DNA from: Promethearchaeota archaeon
Lineage (GTDB): Archaea; Asgardarchaeota; Lokiarchaeia; Sigyniarchaeales; SOKP01
DNA: 64,000 bases
Direction: 5' to 3'
Assembly: GCA_011364925.1 (NCBI GenBank)
Contig: RDOA01000002.1
Coordinates: 64,001-128,000, forward strand
Part shown: piece by piece, positions 1 through 9,738 of the stretch
Numbering within the stretch: the first letter of the stretch is position 1
How the letters are laid out: each line of letters opens with the position of its first letter
The notes under the pieces: generated by a model
The model's input: only the letters and a program-made list of their open reading frames with translations
Databases searched by the model: none
Told to the model about the DNA's origin: nothing
Position numbers and translations under genes: made by a program

Positions 1-1
1 A

Positions 2-817
2 AGATTTCTGATAGCCTCACTCGTATTCATTCTTGTTGACATCTTTTTTCTTATAAGACACAGAATACAAAAACATAAAGAAGAAGATAAAAAAAGTAAA
101 CTTGGATTCTCAAAAATGGAATGGATATATATCATTATAGCAAGTTTTTGTGGAGTTACAATTTTTTTCGCTATCCAATATTCTGCAATAGAATTAATCG
201 GTCCTTCGCTACCTGCACTATTTGTTTGCCTTTTATCTCCTGTATTAATCACTATTTTAGCTTTAATATTTTTTAAAGAAAAATTGACGCGTTTTAAGTT
301 AATAGGATTTGTTATTGCTACAATTGGAGGATTTTTACTAGTAACAGGAGGTGATTTAAGAACACTTACTCCTGAAACTCCCAATTTTTTAGGTTATTTA
401 TTTGCTCTTGTTACGCCAATATTATGGGCCATATACACAATTGTAACGAAAAAAATATCTAATGAAAAGTCTAATTTGATTACTCTCAAATACATAGCTT
501 ATTTTGGAACGATTGAGTTGTTTTTTTTCGTTCTCTTCAGCAATGAGTTATTGATTTTTATTCAAAATCTGACTAATGTTTTTGTATTGATGTCTGGAAT
601 ATACTTAGGGGTTGGTTGTTATATTATTGGGTATTTTATTTGGCAAAAATCCCAAAAAGAACTAAAATCTTCCAAAGGAGCGTCGTTTCTATATATTGAA
701 CCTTTTTTAACCTTACTTTTTTCAATATTCCTGAAGAGAACCGAGATTATAGTAGTATGGAATCTTATAGGAGGAATTATCGTATTAGTGGCAGTATTAA
801 TTATAAATTACAAATAA
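2..817 (+). CDS. EamA/DMT family transporter (5' truncated by window edge)
   Basis: Frame is open from position 2 (RFLIASLVF...). Contains FFAIQYSAIELIGPS, LSPVLITILALIFFKEKL and YIEPFLTLLFS, with many TM helices, as in EamA repeats. Confidence 0.85.
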   Translation, partial: RFLIASLVFILVDIFFLIRHRIQKHKEEDKKSKLGFSKMEWIYIIIASFCGVTIFFAIQYSAIELIGPSLPALFVCLLSPVLITILALIFFKEKLTRFKLIGFVIATIGGFLLVTGGDLRTLTPETPNFLGYLFALVTPILWAIYTIVTKKISNEKSNLITLKYIAYFGTIELFFFVLFSNELLIFIQNLTNVFVLMSGIYLGVGCYIIGYFIWQKSQKELKSSKGASFLYIEPFLTLLFSIFLKRTEIIVVWNLIGGIIVLVAVLIINYK

Positions 818-961
818 ATCTATTATTTTTAATCAATAATTAAATCTGACTAGTTTTTAAAGAAAAGTTGCATTGGCAAAAGTTTTTACAAAAATGTTAA
901 ATATCAAAGTACTCTTATTCTTCTTTGATCTGTTATTATCAGATGAGAATTTCAAGAAGAG

Positions 962-1366
962 TTGAAAAATTTGACCGAAATCAAGAAAATAACAAAAATT
1001 TCCCTAATCTGGTACACTGTCGCTGGTTTTCTTTTTGCTTTTATGTTTATAGTTTTAACAGATTTTACCATGAGTTTTATGCAATGGCCATACAATGATC
1101 CAATCGATTTTTGGTTTCAGGGAGGGACTATGTTAGTTTTAGCAATCACTACTCTACTAGCACTATTCAAGAAAGAATGGGAAGGAATAAAATTATTCTT
1201 CTTTTTAGTAATAATTTGGGATATAATGGTTCTTATCATGGATATTGTTGCCGTAGCAATATTGAATTTTTCTGAGACTACTTTTTTGTTTATGATTACT
1301 TTCATCATCCTCCTCTCATTCAATTTAGTAATTGGGCTCGTAAGTTGGATGACTCAAAGAAGATAA
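962..1366 (+). CDS. Hypothetical 4-TM membrane protein
   Basis: 134-aa ORF with four hydrophobic segments and a WPYNDP loop. Confidence 0.65.
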   Translation: MKNLTEIKKITKISLIWYTVAGFLFAFMFIVLTDFTMSFMQWPYNDPIDFWFQGGTMLVLAITTLLALFKKEWEGIKLFFFLVIIWDIMVLIMDIVAVAILNFSETTFLFMITFIILLSFNLVIGLVSWMTQRR

Positions 1367-1461
1367 TATATATAAACCTTTTTTTTTAGATTTATACTCC
1401 TGACGGACTTAAATCAAAATATTTGAAGAAAAAATATACTATTGTCCTTAAATTAACAGAA

Positions 1462-2898
1462 TTACAGATGTTTTAAAGCAACATCTTCTAATTCTTTTGC
1501 TACCCTATCATCAATTGGTCGTAGAGATCCCTTACTTAGTAATTTAAACGCTTCTTCTTTTGCTCTTTTTCGAGTAGATTTCGCTCCTGAAGCTTTCCAC
1601 ATATCCCGAGATTGTCGATCTATAACAGGTCCAGCAAGGAACAATTCTTTTCTAAATAACTTTAATGTTGACGGATGGGAGAGTAATTCCTCTTTATCCT
1701 CGTAATCTTTTAAAATATTTGCTGCAAAAGGAGAACCGTAATCTTCTATACCTTGTAAAAGTCTTTTTACCATTCCTATAAGTTCGTTATCAATCACTAA
1801 TTTTTCAATGCTCTGAGTAGACTCAAAATCTAACATACCCGGTCCGGAAACCATATTAACTCCCGCAAGCCCAGCTAAAAGAGCTCCCATACCTGCTTCG
1901 AAACCAGCTTGAGTGTCTGGAACTTTGGAGTCGCTTAAGCTCATGTATGCGTGAGTAGGCATTTTTAGGAATTTTCCCATTTCTACATCACCCAAATTTA
2001 TCATCATAGTCTCTATCGCTCCCATAGGAGTGGTTCCTTGCTTCATGTCTAAAATCGCTGGTGAACCGCCCCATATTAAAGGAGCACCAGTTTTTGTTAA
2101 TTGTCCAATTACGACGCCCGCAAGACATTCAGCACAATGCTGAGTTATCGAGCCTATTAAACTCATTGGAGCACTGGCTCCGGCTAGTGGCATGGAAACG
2201 AATTCAGATGGTATCATGCTCACAGCAGCGTCAATAAGAGACTGGGTAGTAAGGTCAGACCATTTTAATGGAGGGCTTGGGCAAGCATCGAAAATAGCTA
2301 ACGGTTTTCTCGCTAAATCGTCCTCTGAACGCCTACAACTCAGCAATAAGTCCTTCATAATTGTAAAACTTTCTTTTCGGAAAGTACCCGTTACAACTGG
2401 TTTGTAACAATTTGTTAATGCTATAAACAATCTGTGCCAATCCTGAGCTTCTTTTGGTACATCTTGATAGATTAAGGCAGTACTCTGAGCTTCTATGTAT
2501 TGTAAGTGCTCAACAACTTTAGAAAAGCGAATGAAGTCCTCTTTTATGGCGTTTCTAATTTCTCCAGAAGTCTCGTCGAAGTATAAAATTGCTGCGGAAC
2601 CAGGATCAAAATGTACATTATCTTCTCCAAGAGTTATGTGTTCCTTTCCCTCTCGATCGTATAATTTGATCTCGCTCGGAACCGTCTTAAGACATTTTTC
2701 AACTAAATCTGATGGAATAAAATATCGTAAGCCTTCATGAGAAATTCCTTCGTTGTGAAATAATTCTTTAGCATTTTCATTTTCTAAAAAGATTCCCAAG
2801 TTTTCTAGTATCTCTTTCGCTTCGATATAGATTTTATTTTTATGTTCTTCGTCTAATACTTGAATTTTTGGTCTTAATATACCCACTTTCACATTCAC
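1462..2898 (-). CDS. Trimethylamine methyltransferase (MttB/MtgB) superfamily protein, non-pyrrolysine
   Basis: Motifs SPPLKWS, GASAPMSLIG, DMKQGTTPMGAIE and SDSKVPDTQAGFE. Leu occupies the position where MttB carries Pyl. Confidence 0.9.
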   Translation of the reverse strand: MNVKVGILRPKIQVLDEEHKNKIYIEAKEILENLGIFLENENAKELFHNEGISHEGLRYFIPSDLVEKCLKTVPSEIKLYDREGKEHITLGEDNVHFDPGSAAILYFDETSGEIRNAIKEDFIRFSKVVEHLQYIEAQSTALIYQDVPKEAQDWHRLFIALTNCYKPVVTGTFRKESFTIMKDLLLSCRRSEDDLARKPLAIFDACPSPPLKWSDLTTQSLIDAAVSMIPSEFVSMPLAGASAPMSLIGSITQHCAECLAGVVIGQLTKTGAPLIWGGSPAILDMKQGTTPMGAIETMMINLGDVEMGKFLKMPTHAYMSLSDSKVPDTQAGFEAGMGALLAGLAGVNMVSGPGMLDFESTQSIEKLVIDNELIGMVKRLLQGIEDYGSPFAANILKDYEDKEELLSHPSTLKLFRKELFLAGPVIDRQSRDMWKASGAKSTRKRAKEEAFKLLSKGSLRPIDDRVAKELEDVALKHL

Positions 2899-2914
2899 AT
2901 CCGATTATGTGTCT

Positions 2915-3793
2915 CTATAATGAATCGATAACTTTTCTAATTTCGCGTATCGTCTCTGGAGACGTACCACAGCACCCCCCGACAACTTTAGCGCCTAAAG
3001 CAATTATCCTTTTAATATCTGCTACAAAATCTTTTACAGGCTGATCATAATGCGCTCTTTTATCGTTATCTATTCTTGGTTGGCCAGCGTTGGGTTTTGC
3101 AGATATTGGTTTATCCGTAAGGTTTGTAAGTTCTAGCACTAACTCTACCATTTCTTCAGAACCTAGCGTACAATTCGCTCCCACGACATCGACTTTTGCG
3201 TTTTCTTGGGCACGAACACACTTTTCTAGTGAATCCCCCATTATCGTAAAAAAACCTCTTTTAGTCTTTTTATAGGTCATAGAACTGATGATTGGTTTTT
3301 TTGAAAGGTTCCTAATTGCTTCTATTGCCGCCAACATTTCTTCTATATCAGACATAGTTTCGATATGCCAAAGATCTACACCCTTCTCCAATACGCTGGC
3401 CTGTTTCTCAAAACTCGATACCCATTGATCCGATGTAGCTTTTCCAACGGGAGGTCGAAATTCACCAGAAGGACCGATATCACCTACAATTAAGCGATTA
3501 GGTGGACGAGCTTTCCTTATATTTTCTAATGCTCGTGCATTAATCTCTGTAATCTGATTTTCTATTTTATATCTTTGTAGATTTAAAAAGCTAGCACCGA
3601 AAGTATTTGATTGACACATGTCCGCACCTACATCGTAATATGTCTTATGAATCTCGTATATAAGCTCGGGATTCTCAATGTTAAGCATATCAGGAAGCTT
3701 TCCTGGTTCAATACCACGCTTAAATATTTCAGAGCCCATACCTCCATCGAATAGTATGATTTTAGAGGCATCTTTCAACCATTCGGTAAACAT
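2915..3793 (-). CDS. Homocysteine S-methyltransferase family protein (stand-alone MetH N-terminal domain)
   Basis: DGGMGS, SNTFGA, GDIGPSG, IETMSD, KPNAG, and Zn ligands in GANC and GGCCG. Confidence 0.92.
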   Translation of the reverse strand: MFTEWLKDASKIILFDGGMGSEIFKRGIEPGKLPDMLNIENPELIYEIHKTYYDVGADMCQSNTFGASFLNLQRYKIENQITEINARALENIRKARPPNRLIVGDIGPSGEFRPPVGKATSDQWVSSFEKQASVLEKGVDLWHIETMSDIEEMLAAIEAIRNLSKKPIISSMTYKKTKRGFFTIMGDSLEKCVRAQENAKVDVVGANCTLGSEEMVELVLELTNLTDKPISAKPNAGQPRIDNDKRAHYDQPVKDFVADIKRIIALGAKVVGGCCGTSPETIREIRKVIDSL

Positions 3794-3818
3794 CTTTTTT
3801 TCCCTCCTAAAAACGTTC

Positions 3819-4487
3819 TTATTTATTGAGCAATTTTTTAACTAATTTAACAGCCTCTACAGCGCTACTCGCGAAACCATCTGCTTGGCATTCTTCAGTC
3901 CATGATTTTGTAACGGGAGCACCTCCAATGATCACCTTAAACTTACTTCTGATCCCTTTTTCTTCCAAAATATCAACGATCTTTTTCTGACCAAACATTG
4001 TGGTCGTGAGTAATGCAGAAACTCCAATTACATCAGCATTTTTTTCTATAGCAGTATTCACAATTTTTTCAGCAGGAACATCAGCTCCTAAGTCATACAC
4101 CTCAAAACCGTTAGCGCTTAACATCGTTCCTACGATGGTCTTTCCAATGGAATGAATATCTCCTTCAATCGTTGCTATTACGACTGTTCCTAAATTAATG
4201 TTTTCTCCACTCCGCTTTAACTCTGGCAAAAGAATATCCATTGACTCTTGCATTATTGTACCACCCAGCATTAATTCAGGCAAAAAAAAATCTCCTTCTT
4301 CCCATAAATCGCCAATTCTGCGTATACCATCTCCATATCCTTTTTCAATCACTTCTAACAAATTCATGTTTTCAATTATTGCCCTTTTTGCAAGTTCGAT
4401 GGCTCTTTCTTTGTCTAGATTCACAATCGCATCAGAAATTTCCTTATAAAATTGCTCCTGAACCAATTTATTATCTCCAAAAAACAT
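3819..4487 (-). CDS. Corrinoid (B12-binding) methyl-carrier protein, MttC/MtbC-like; real start possibly TTG at 4466
   Basis: Cap domain FFLPELM, DxHxxG motif (GDIHSIGK), SALLTTT and GGAP. A GGAGA ribosome-binding site precedes the TTG at 4466. Confidence 0.92.
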   Translation of the reverse strand: MFFGDNKLVQEQFYKEISDAIVNLDKERAIELAKRAIIENMNLLEVIEKGYGDGIRRIGDLWEEGDFFLPELMLGGTIMQESMDILLPELKRSGENINLGTVVIATIEGDIHSIGKTIVGTMLSANGFEVYDLGADVPAEKIVNTAIEKNADVIGVSALLTTTMFGQKKIVDILEEKGIRSKFKVIIGGAPVTKSWTEECQADGFASSAVEAVKLVKKLLNK

Positions 4488-4693
4488 ATTCAGTATAATT
4501 TTAATATTATCTGGATTAACTAATTAAAATTTCGGATTCAAACCTAAAACAGAAAATTTTAAAGTTCTAAGTCCTAAATTATTATTCCATTATTACCAGA
4601 TTATTTAACTTAATAAGAAATATAAACACTTACACTATATTAAATTAAAAATACAGAATATTAATTAATGTGGCTTAGAAAATGTGATTTATA

Positions 4694-5182
4694 ATGTCCA
4701 GAAGATATTATGCTAAAGGAAAAAAAACCTACGCTAAAGACCAAAATTTCGAACAAGATCAAGTCGGAAAAGAAAAAGAGCGTTATCTTATTAGCATAGA
4801 TTTGATGAGCTTAAAAACTCTAAAAGACTATGATATTATGGGATGGCGTGGTGAATTCTATTTCAAAGCAGACGGTCCTAAAGTGTTCAAATCGAGGTTT
4901 CCTAACAAAGGTAATATTAAGCTTCAGAGAAATCAAACCTTTACATCTAAGGCAGATATGAACATCTGGAGTCAATTCAAAACCGTAAAAGCGGGAGCTG
5001 AAGCCGTTGAGCGAGTTACGATTATATTAAGAGAACAGGATCATTTGAAGAAAGATGTCACCATCGCAGAACGTGAGTTTGAAATAGAACTACCTTCTAA
5101 AACGCGATACGAAATTTTACAGGATGAAAAGGAACAAACTAAAGCGAAACTGCGAATTCAAGCCTCAAGGACACGATATTAG
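4694..5182 (+). CDS. Hypothetical protein, possible C2-like beta-sandwich
   Basis: 162-aa ORF preceded by a GTGAT ribosome-binding site. Alternating beta-strand pattern with acidic loops DYDIMG and EQDHLKKD. Confidence 0.6.
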   Translation: MSRRYYAKGKKTYAKDQNFEQDQVGKEKERYLISIDLMSLKTLKDYDIMGWRGEFYFKADGPKVFKSRFPNKGNIKLQRNQTFTSKADMNIWSQFKTVKAGAEAVERVTIILREQDHLKKDVTIAEREFEIELPSKTRYEILQDEKEQTKAKLRIQASRTRY

Positions 5183-5271
5183 AAATATTCATTTTTTCTC
5201 ACTTTTATTTTTTTAATTTTGGTTAGAAAAAAAATAATAGGATAATAATAAATTTTAAAAATTTTTTCAGA

Positions 5272-5886
5272 ATGAACAAAATTAAATTCAATATTGAAGT
5301 AGCGTCCGTAACTGACTCTCAGGGGATATTGGAAGCCCTTAAACAAAACCTTGTAGAAATTAGAGATGTTGATAAACTCTCCAAATTAAAAAAAAAAGAA
5401 TTAGAGGAAGAAGGGTTTCTACGTAAAGAAGTAAACCTAGAATACTATCAGGAACTAATCAAAGAACCTTTTACAGACATTTTTATCGCCAAAAATAAAT
5501 TGGGGAAAATAATTGGTTTTGCAAGCATTCATAGAAAAAAGAACAATATTGTAGAAGTTCGAGATGTTGTTGGCAATCTTTCATTTGAAAACGAAAAAAC
5601 TAAGAAACTATTGCTTAACGAAGAAAAAGAATTTGCATATTTAGACCAAGTGAGCATTTTACCGAAATTTAAGCATAAAGGAGTTGGCACAGCCATTTTC
5701 CAAAAAGCGTTGACAACCATTAATACACCTATAGTTGCTTTTATCGTTGAAGAACCAATATTCAACAAATCTTCGGCCGTGTGGCACGAACGCAACGGAT
5801 TTGAACTTCAAGCCACAAGCAGCGGCGAATATAAAGGAAATGCTTTTAAATTTCTGATTTACATAAATTGGAATTTAACTAAATGA
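5272..5886 (+). CDS. GNAT family N-acetyltransferase
   Basis: Acetyl-CoA motif YLDQVSILPKFKHKGVGT, plus NKSSAVWHERNGF. Confidence 0.85.
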   Translation: MNKIKFNIEVASVTDSQGILEALKQNLVEIRDVDKLSKLKKKELEEEGFLRKEVNLEYYQELIKEPFTDIFIAKNKLGKIIGFASIHRKKNNIVEVRDVVGNLSFENEKTKKLLLNEEKEFAYLDQVSILPKFKHKGVGTAIFQKALTTINTPIVAFIVEEPIFNKSSAVWHERNGFELQATSSGEYKGNAFKFLIYINWNLTK

Positions 5887-5925
5887 AAGATATATGCATC
5901 ATTCTTTACTTATTATTTGGTGAGT

Positions 5926-6180
5926 TTATGTCTCATCGTCTTGAGACGAAAATTCCCCTGTTAAACTTTTCGCAAGCTTATTCCCAACATCAAATAGGCC
6001 CTTCATTGACTTATAGAATATGTCTCCAATAAGTTCACTCATTTTCTTATCTGGCTCGAAACAGACTTCACAATCATTGACATCGTTTAACTCTTGTATT
6101 AGATCAGCTTTTCTTTGCGCAAGCTGTTCATTAAGTTCCTCCAAATTGATTTTAATATTCTCCTTTTCTTGATTTTCCAT
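5926..6180 (-). CDS. Small hypothetical protein (coiled coil, CxxC, amphipathic C-terminal helix)
   Basis: GAGGT ribosome-binding site. Starts 16 nt after the PlsC-like gene on the same strand. Confidence 0.65.
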   Translation of the reverse strand: MENQEKENIKINLEELNEQLAQRKADLIQELNDVNDCEVCFEPDKKMSELIGDIFYKSMKGLFDVGNKLAKSLTGEFSSQDDET

Positions 6181-6196
6181 TATTTTTACCTCGTTG

Positions 6197-6904
6197 TTAT
6201 TCTTCTATTGGGTGAACTTTAAGCGAATCAATAATATTAATTATATCTTCAGCAAGTTCGTACCGCTCATCGCGATATTTTTCACGATTTAATCGTTTTT
6301 CAACCTTAAGCGGGGTACCAATTTTAACTCTGATTCCCGTTGTGTTAAACATGCCAAGAACCCTCGCTTTTTCGGTGTAGATCGCTAAAGGAATTATCGG
6401 TGCCATTCCTGCAACTGCGAATTTAATAATTCCCGCCATGGCTTTTACTTGAACTTCTGGCGTTAACTTGGATTCTGGCGTCATAGCCACAAGATCCCCT
6501 ACCTCGTTAAGATAATGAAACACCATATCAATTGGAACAGTATCATCTTTATCAAGAGTACTACGGAACATTCCTAAATTTTTCAAAACAGGTCCATATA
6601 TTTGATGTTTCATTAACTTGTGATGAACCATAAAATGGATTCTACGTCCGGTAACCTGGCTAATAATTGCCATGTCTCTTAGTGCGTTGTCGCTTATCGT
6701 AGTCAAAATGGCCTTACCCTTAACTGGCACATTTTCTCTGCCCTCTATCTTCAAGTCAGCGAAAGCTCCTAAGCCAAAACCTCCAATTCCTTTTGTAACT
6801 GCGTATAACACATCTTTCATTAAATCCGTACTGAAAATCTTATCCTTTCCTTTCGTTTCTTTTTCTTCTTTTACTTCTTTTTCTTCTGGTATTGTTTGAA
6901 CCAT
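6197..6904 (-). CDS. PlsC/LPLAT-fold acyltransferase-like protein with degenerate catalytic motifs
   Basis: Scaffold KIEGRENVPVKGKAIL, RRIHFM, APIIPLAI and RVKIGTPL. The HX4D motif is replaced by ISDNALRD and FPEG by TPES. Confidence 0.75.
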   Translation of the reverse strand: MVQTIPEEKEVKEEKETKGKDKIFSTDLMKDVLYAVTKGIGGFGLGAFADLKIEGRENVPVKGKAILTTISDNALRDMAIISQVTGRRIHFMVHHKLMKHQIYGPVLKNLGMFRSTLDKDDTVPIDMVFHYLNEVGDLVAMTPESKLTPEVQVKAMAGIIKFAVAGMAPIIPLAIYTEKARVLGMFNTTGIRVKIGTPLKVEKRLNREKYRDERYELAEDIINIIDSLKVHPIEE

Positions 6905-6916
6905 TCTTCTTCCACC

Positions 6917-7111
6917 TTATAGTCTATCTATAAAATTATTCACTTCCTCCATCCGTTTCTCGTAGTATTCTTTTAACTCTTTCTCAGAAACAAACGTAGG
7001 AATTACTTTTTCTAAATAAATATCAAAAATCGTTGATAACTTGGTTTTATGTTGAATTGACTCAAGAAATTCCTCTCCTAAGTGCTTTAGTTGATTAAAA
7101 AAGTCTGACAT
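6917..7111 (-). CDS. Small hypothetical helical protein
   Basis: 64-aa ORF tightly packed between the activase and PlsC-like genes on the same strand. Confidence 0.65.
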   Translation of the reverse strand: MSDFFNQLKHLGEEFLESIQHKTKLSTIFDIYLEKVIPTFVSEKELKEYYEKRMEEVNNFIDRL

Positions 7112-7132
7112 CTCTTTATCATCTTTTTTATT

Positions 7133-8158
7133 TTAAGTTAATTGATCCCATTTTCCGCATCGAGAGCCCCAACGGGCTATAATTTTATTACCAAATTCTG
7201 GCATTTTTACTTGAACAATCTCACAATTATTCGGACAGTCGCCACAATTGAAAGCAGAGGTAGTAAATTCAATCTCTGCTACTTCAAGACCTCTAAACAC
7301 TGTCTCGTGTTCGCGTTCTAAATAATAGTCTCTAACTAAAATAGCCATACCAAGTGCTCCCATAAGAACGTTATATTTAGGGACTATAACTTTACACCCT
7401 AAGTGCCTCTCAAAAGCTTCTATAATTCCCTTATTGTAGGACACCCCTCCTTGAAAGACGATTGGTTCTTCGAGGTCTTTACCTTTACCAACGTTGTTCA
7501 TATAATTGCGAACGAGAGAATCGCACAGTCCAGCAATTATATCCGCTTTAGAATACCCCGCGTTTTGCTTGTGAATCATATCTGATTCAGCAAATACAGT
7601 ACACCTACCAGCTATACTTACCGGGTTCTTTGATTTTATAGCATAATCTCCAAACTCTTCAATAGGAATCCCAAGCCTCGCCGCTTGGTGGTCAAGGAAC
7701 GAACCTGTTCCAGCAGCGCAAACAGAGTTCATTGCGAAATCTATAATTATGCCATCTCTCAAGAGTATAATTTTAGAATCCTGACCTCCGATCTCTAATA
7801 TGGTTCTTACATCGGGATACATTGTTTGAGCGGCAACAGCGTGAGCAATTATCTCGGTTTTTGCGAGATCTGCTCCTACAATGGCTTTAGTTAAATATCT
7901 TGCTGAACCAGTCGTCCCACAGCAACGAATAGCATATTCGGGTAAATTCTCACTCTCTTCTATTTTATCGCGTAATTGTGCCATTCCTGCTTTTGCTGAA
8001 TCGATAGGAGAACCTCTATTCCGCAAAAATACACTGGTTAGTATATTTCCGTCAGTATCCATAAGAACGAATTTACAACTTACGCTACCTATGTCGATTC
8101 CAAGGAACGCATCCTTCTTATCTTCTTCTTTCATTACTTTTTCAGATACATCTTCCAT
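7133..8158 (-). CDS. Acyl-CoA dehydratase/reductase activase (HgdC/BcrAD/BadFG ASKHA ATPase, [4Fe-4S])
   Basis: GIDIGSVS, TTGSAR, EIGGQDSK, MNSVCAAGTGSFLD, RCTVFAESD, FQGGV, and C-terminal CGDCPNNC...GSRC. Confidence 0.92.
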   Translation of the reverse strand: MEDVSEKVMKEEDKKDAFLGIDIGSVSCKFVLMDTDGNILTSVFLRNRGSPIDSAKAGMAQLRDKIEESENLPEYAIRCCGTTGSARYLTKAIVGADLAKTEIIAHAVAAQTMYPDVRTILEIGGQDSKIILLRDGIIIDFAMNSVCAAGTGSFLDHQAARLGIPIEEFGDYAIKSKNPVSIAGRCTVFAESDMIHKQNAGYSKADIIAGLCDSLVRNYMNNVGKGKDLEEPIVFQGGVSYNKGIIEAFERHLGCKVIVPKYNVLMGALGMAILVRDYYLEREHETVFRGLEVAEIEFTTSAFNCGDCPNNCEIVQVKMPEFGNKIIARWGSRCGKWDQLT

Positions 8159-8332
8159 TTTTACTCACCATTAAACCGAATTTTGTATTAATTGATTCGT
8201 TACGAATTCTGTATTATTTTTAATTTCTTTATTTTTACGAGCGGGCAAATTATACAATGTTTTGTTATTTGAGAAAGAAAATAAGACGAATAATTTTACT
8301 TAATTAACTATTTAATCAAAAAAAAAACAGTT

Positions 8333-8359
8333 TAAAATAAAAATTTACCCATTATAAAC
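8333..8359 (-). promoter_or_regulatory. Conserved 27-bp promoter element, copy 1 (TATA box plus GGGTAAATTTTTATTTTA)
   Basis: Minus strand reads GTTTATAATGGGTAAATTTTTATTTTA, 26/27 identical to the copies at 13656 and 18697. Lies upstream of the activase gene. Confidence 0.7.
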
Positions 8360-8601
8360 CGATTATTAAAAGTATTACTATAATTATACACATTTTTGAT
8401 CCTCATTTTGTTCGAATCTTGATTAGTCTTCATTTTCGATAAATTTCCTTGTCCGTAGTTACTACTTCAATGTAAGTCATATACTTATTTTATCGAAGTC
8501 ATTTAAATAGTATAATCTTATTCATCTTCCTTATAAAATTTTACACATATTTTTAAAACTTAATTTTCTGATTAGTATTTAAAATTAAATAAGATGAATT
8601 T

Positions 8602-9225
8602 ATGATGGAAAAAATAATTAATCTTGATTTAAAAGCAAAAGAGAATATAATTATCGCTAGTAAAGAAGAACTAGTTGCCTTAGAATTAAATAAGTTAGCT
8701 AAAAACCTCTTGAAAAGAGTGAAAACAAGAAAGAATTTTGCGGAAAAAGAGATAAAATTAGCTGAAATTAGAAAAAGTATGGTTGAAAATAACTACAAAT
8801 TATTAGAAAACAAAATTAATTCAAGGGAGATACTAGACTTTTCGGAGGATGTAATAAAAAAAGAACGGGAATTTATAGATTATCACGAGAAAATCGCTGA
8901 AAATCAACTAAATTTAGCAAAACTACATAAAGAAATAGCAGAACTTGAAGAAAAATTAGCGAAAAGTAAGATAATTTTAGCAAATTCTAAACTAAATGTC
9001 GCTAAAACTCGTCTTAAGATAGGTAAGTTGCAACAAAAGTTTGTAAATGTTGTTCAAAAGAAAACACCTGAAAAAGCTAAGATAATAAAACATCTATATA
9101 AGGAAGAAGAAGAAAAATTAAATCATCAACTCAAAGATGTAATCGAAAAAGAAAATCAAGTTAAAATGTTTCAAAATGATATCGCAAAGATAACAAATAA
9201 ACTCTCCCAGACTCTGACAAATTAA
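8602..9225 (+). CDS. Coiled-coil hypothetical protein
   Basis: K/E/L-rich heptad pattern over 207 aa. Confidence 0.65.
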   Translation: MMEKIINLDLKAKENIIIASKEELVALELNKLAKNLLKRVKTRKNFAEKEIKLAEIRKSMVENNYKLLENKINSREILDFSEDVIKKEREFIDYHEKIAENQLNLAKLHKEIAELEEKLAKSKIILANSKLNVAKTRLKIGKLQQKFVNVVQKKTPEKAKIIKHLYKEEEEKLNHQLKDVIEKENQVKMFQNDIAKITNKLSQTLTN

Positions 9226-9261
9226 ATAAACTCAATTTTTAGTTAATTATTTTGAAATGAC

Positions 9262-9738
9262 CTATTCTCTAATTATTAAAACATCACAAGGAACATGTCT
9301 TAAAACTTTCTCTGCTACATTTCCAAGTAAGATTTCTTCAAGAAGAGAATGAAGACCTTTACTTCCAATTATAACAAGATCAACTTGCTCTTTTTTAACC
9401 ATTTCTTTAATATAAGATACAGGACCATATTCAAAAATTAATCGAGTTTCCACTTCTGATCCTGCTTCCATAAAAAGATTCTTAGCTCTATCTAAAATTG
9501 CTTGGCCATTTTTTTCATATACTTCTCTTATCCGTTGAATATCAGGATCTGAAATACTATAGACGTAAGGAATATTATAAGATGGTCCCATAAACATCCC
9601 TCCAGGTTCTGCATGATACTCTACTGAATGAAACACGATCACCTTACTTTTAGCTGATTTTTGAAGTTCGATTGCTTTTAATATAGCCTTGTAAGAAGAT
9701 TCTGATCCATCAATGCCAATTAATATTTTCTTATAAAT
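9262..9738 (-). CDS. Universal stress protein (UspA family); N-terminus extends to an ATT codon
   Basis: In-frame IYKKILIGIDGSESSYKA lies upstream of the ORF-track start. C-terminus DLVIIGSKG...LLGNVAEKVLRHVPCDVLIIR. Confidence 0.88.
   Translation of the reverse strand: MYKKILIGIDGSESSYKAILKAIELQKSAKSKVIVFHSVEYHAEPGGMFMGPSYNIPYVYSISDPDIQRIREVYEKNGQAILDRAKNLFMEAGSEVETRLIFEYGPVSYIKEMVKKEQVDLVIIGSKGLHSLLEEILLGNVAEKVLRHVPCDVLIIRE

Noticed and set aside
1462-2898. Pyrrolysine-containing MttB or methanogenesis
   Set aside because: No in-frame TAG, Leu at the Pyl position, and no pyl or mcr genes in the window.
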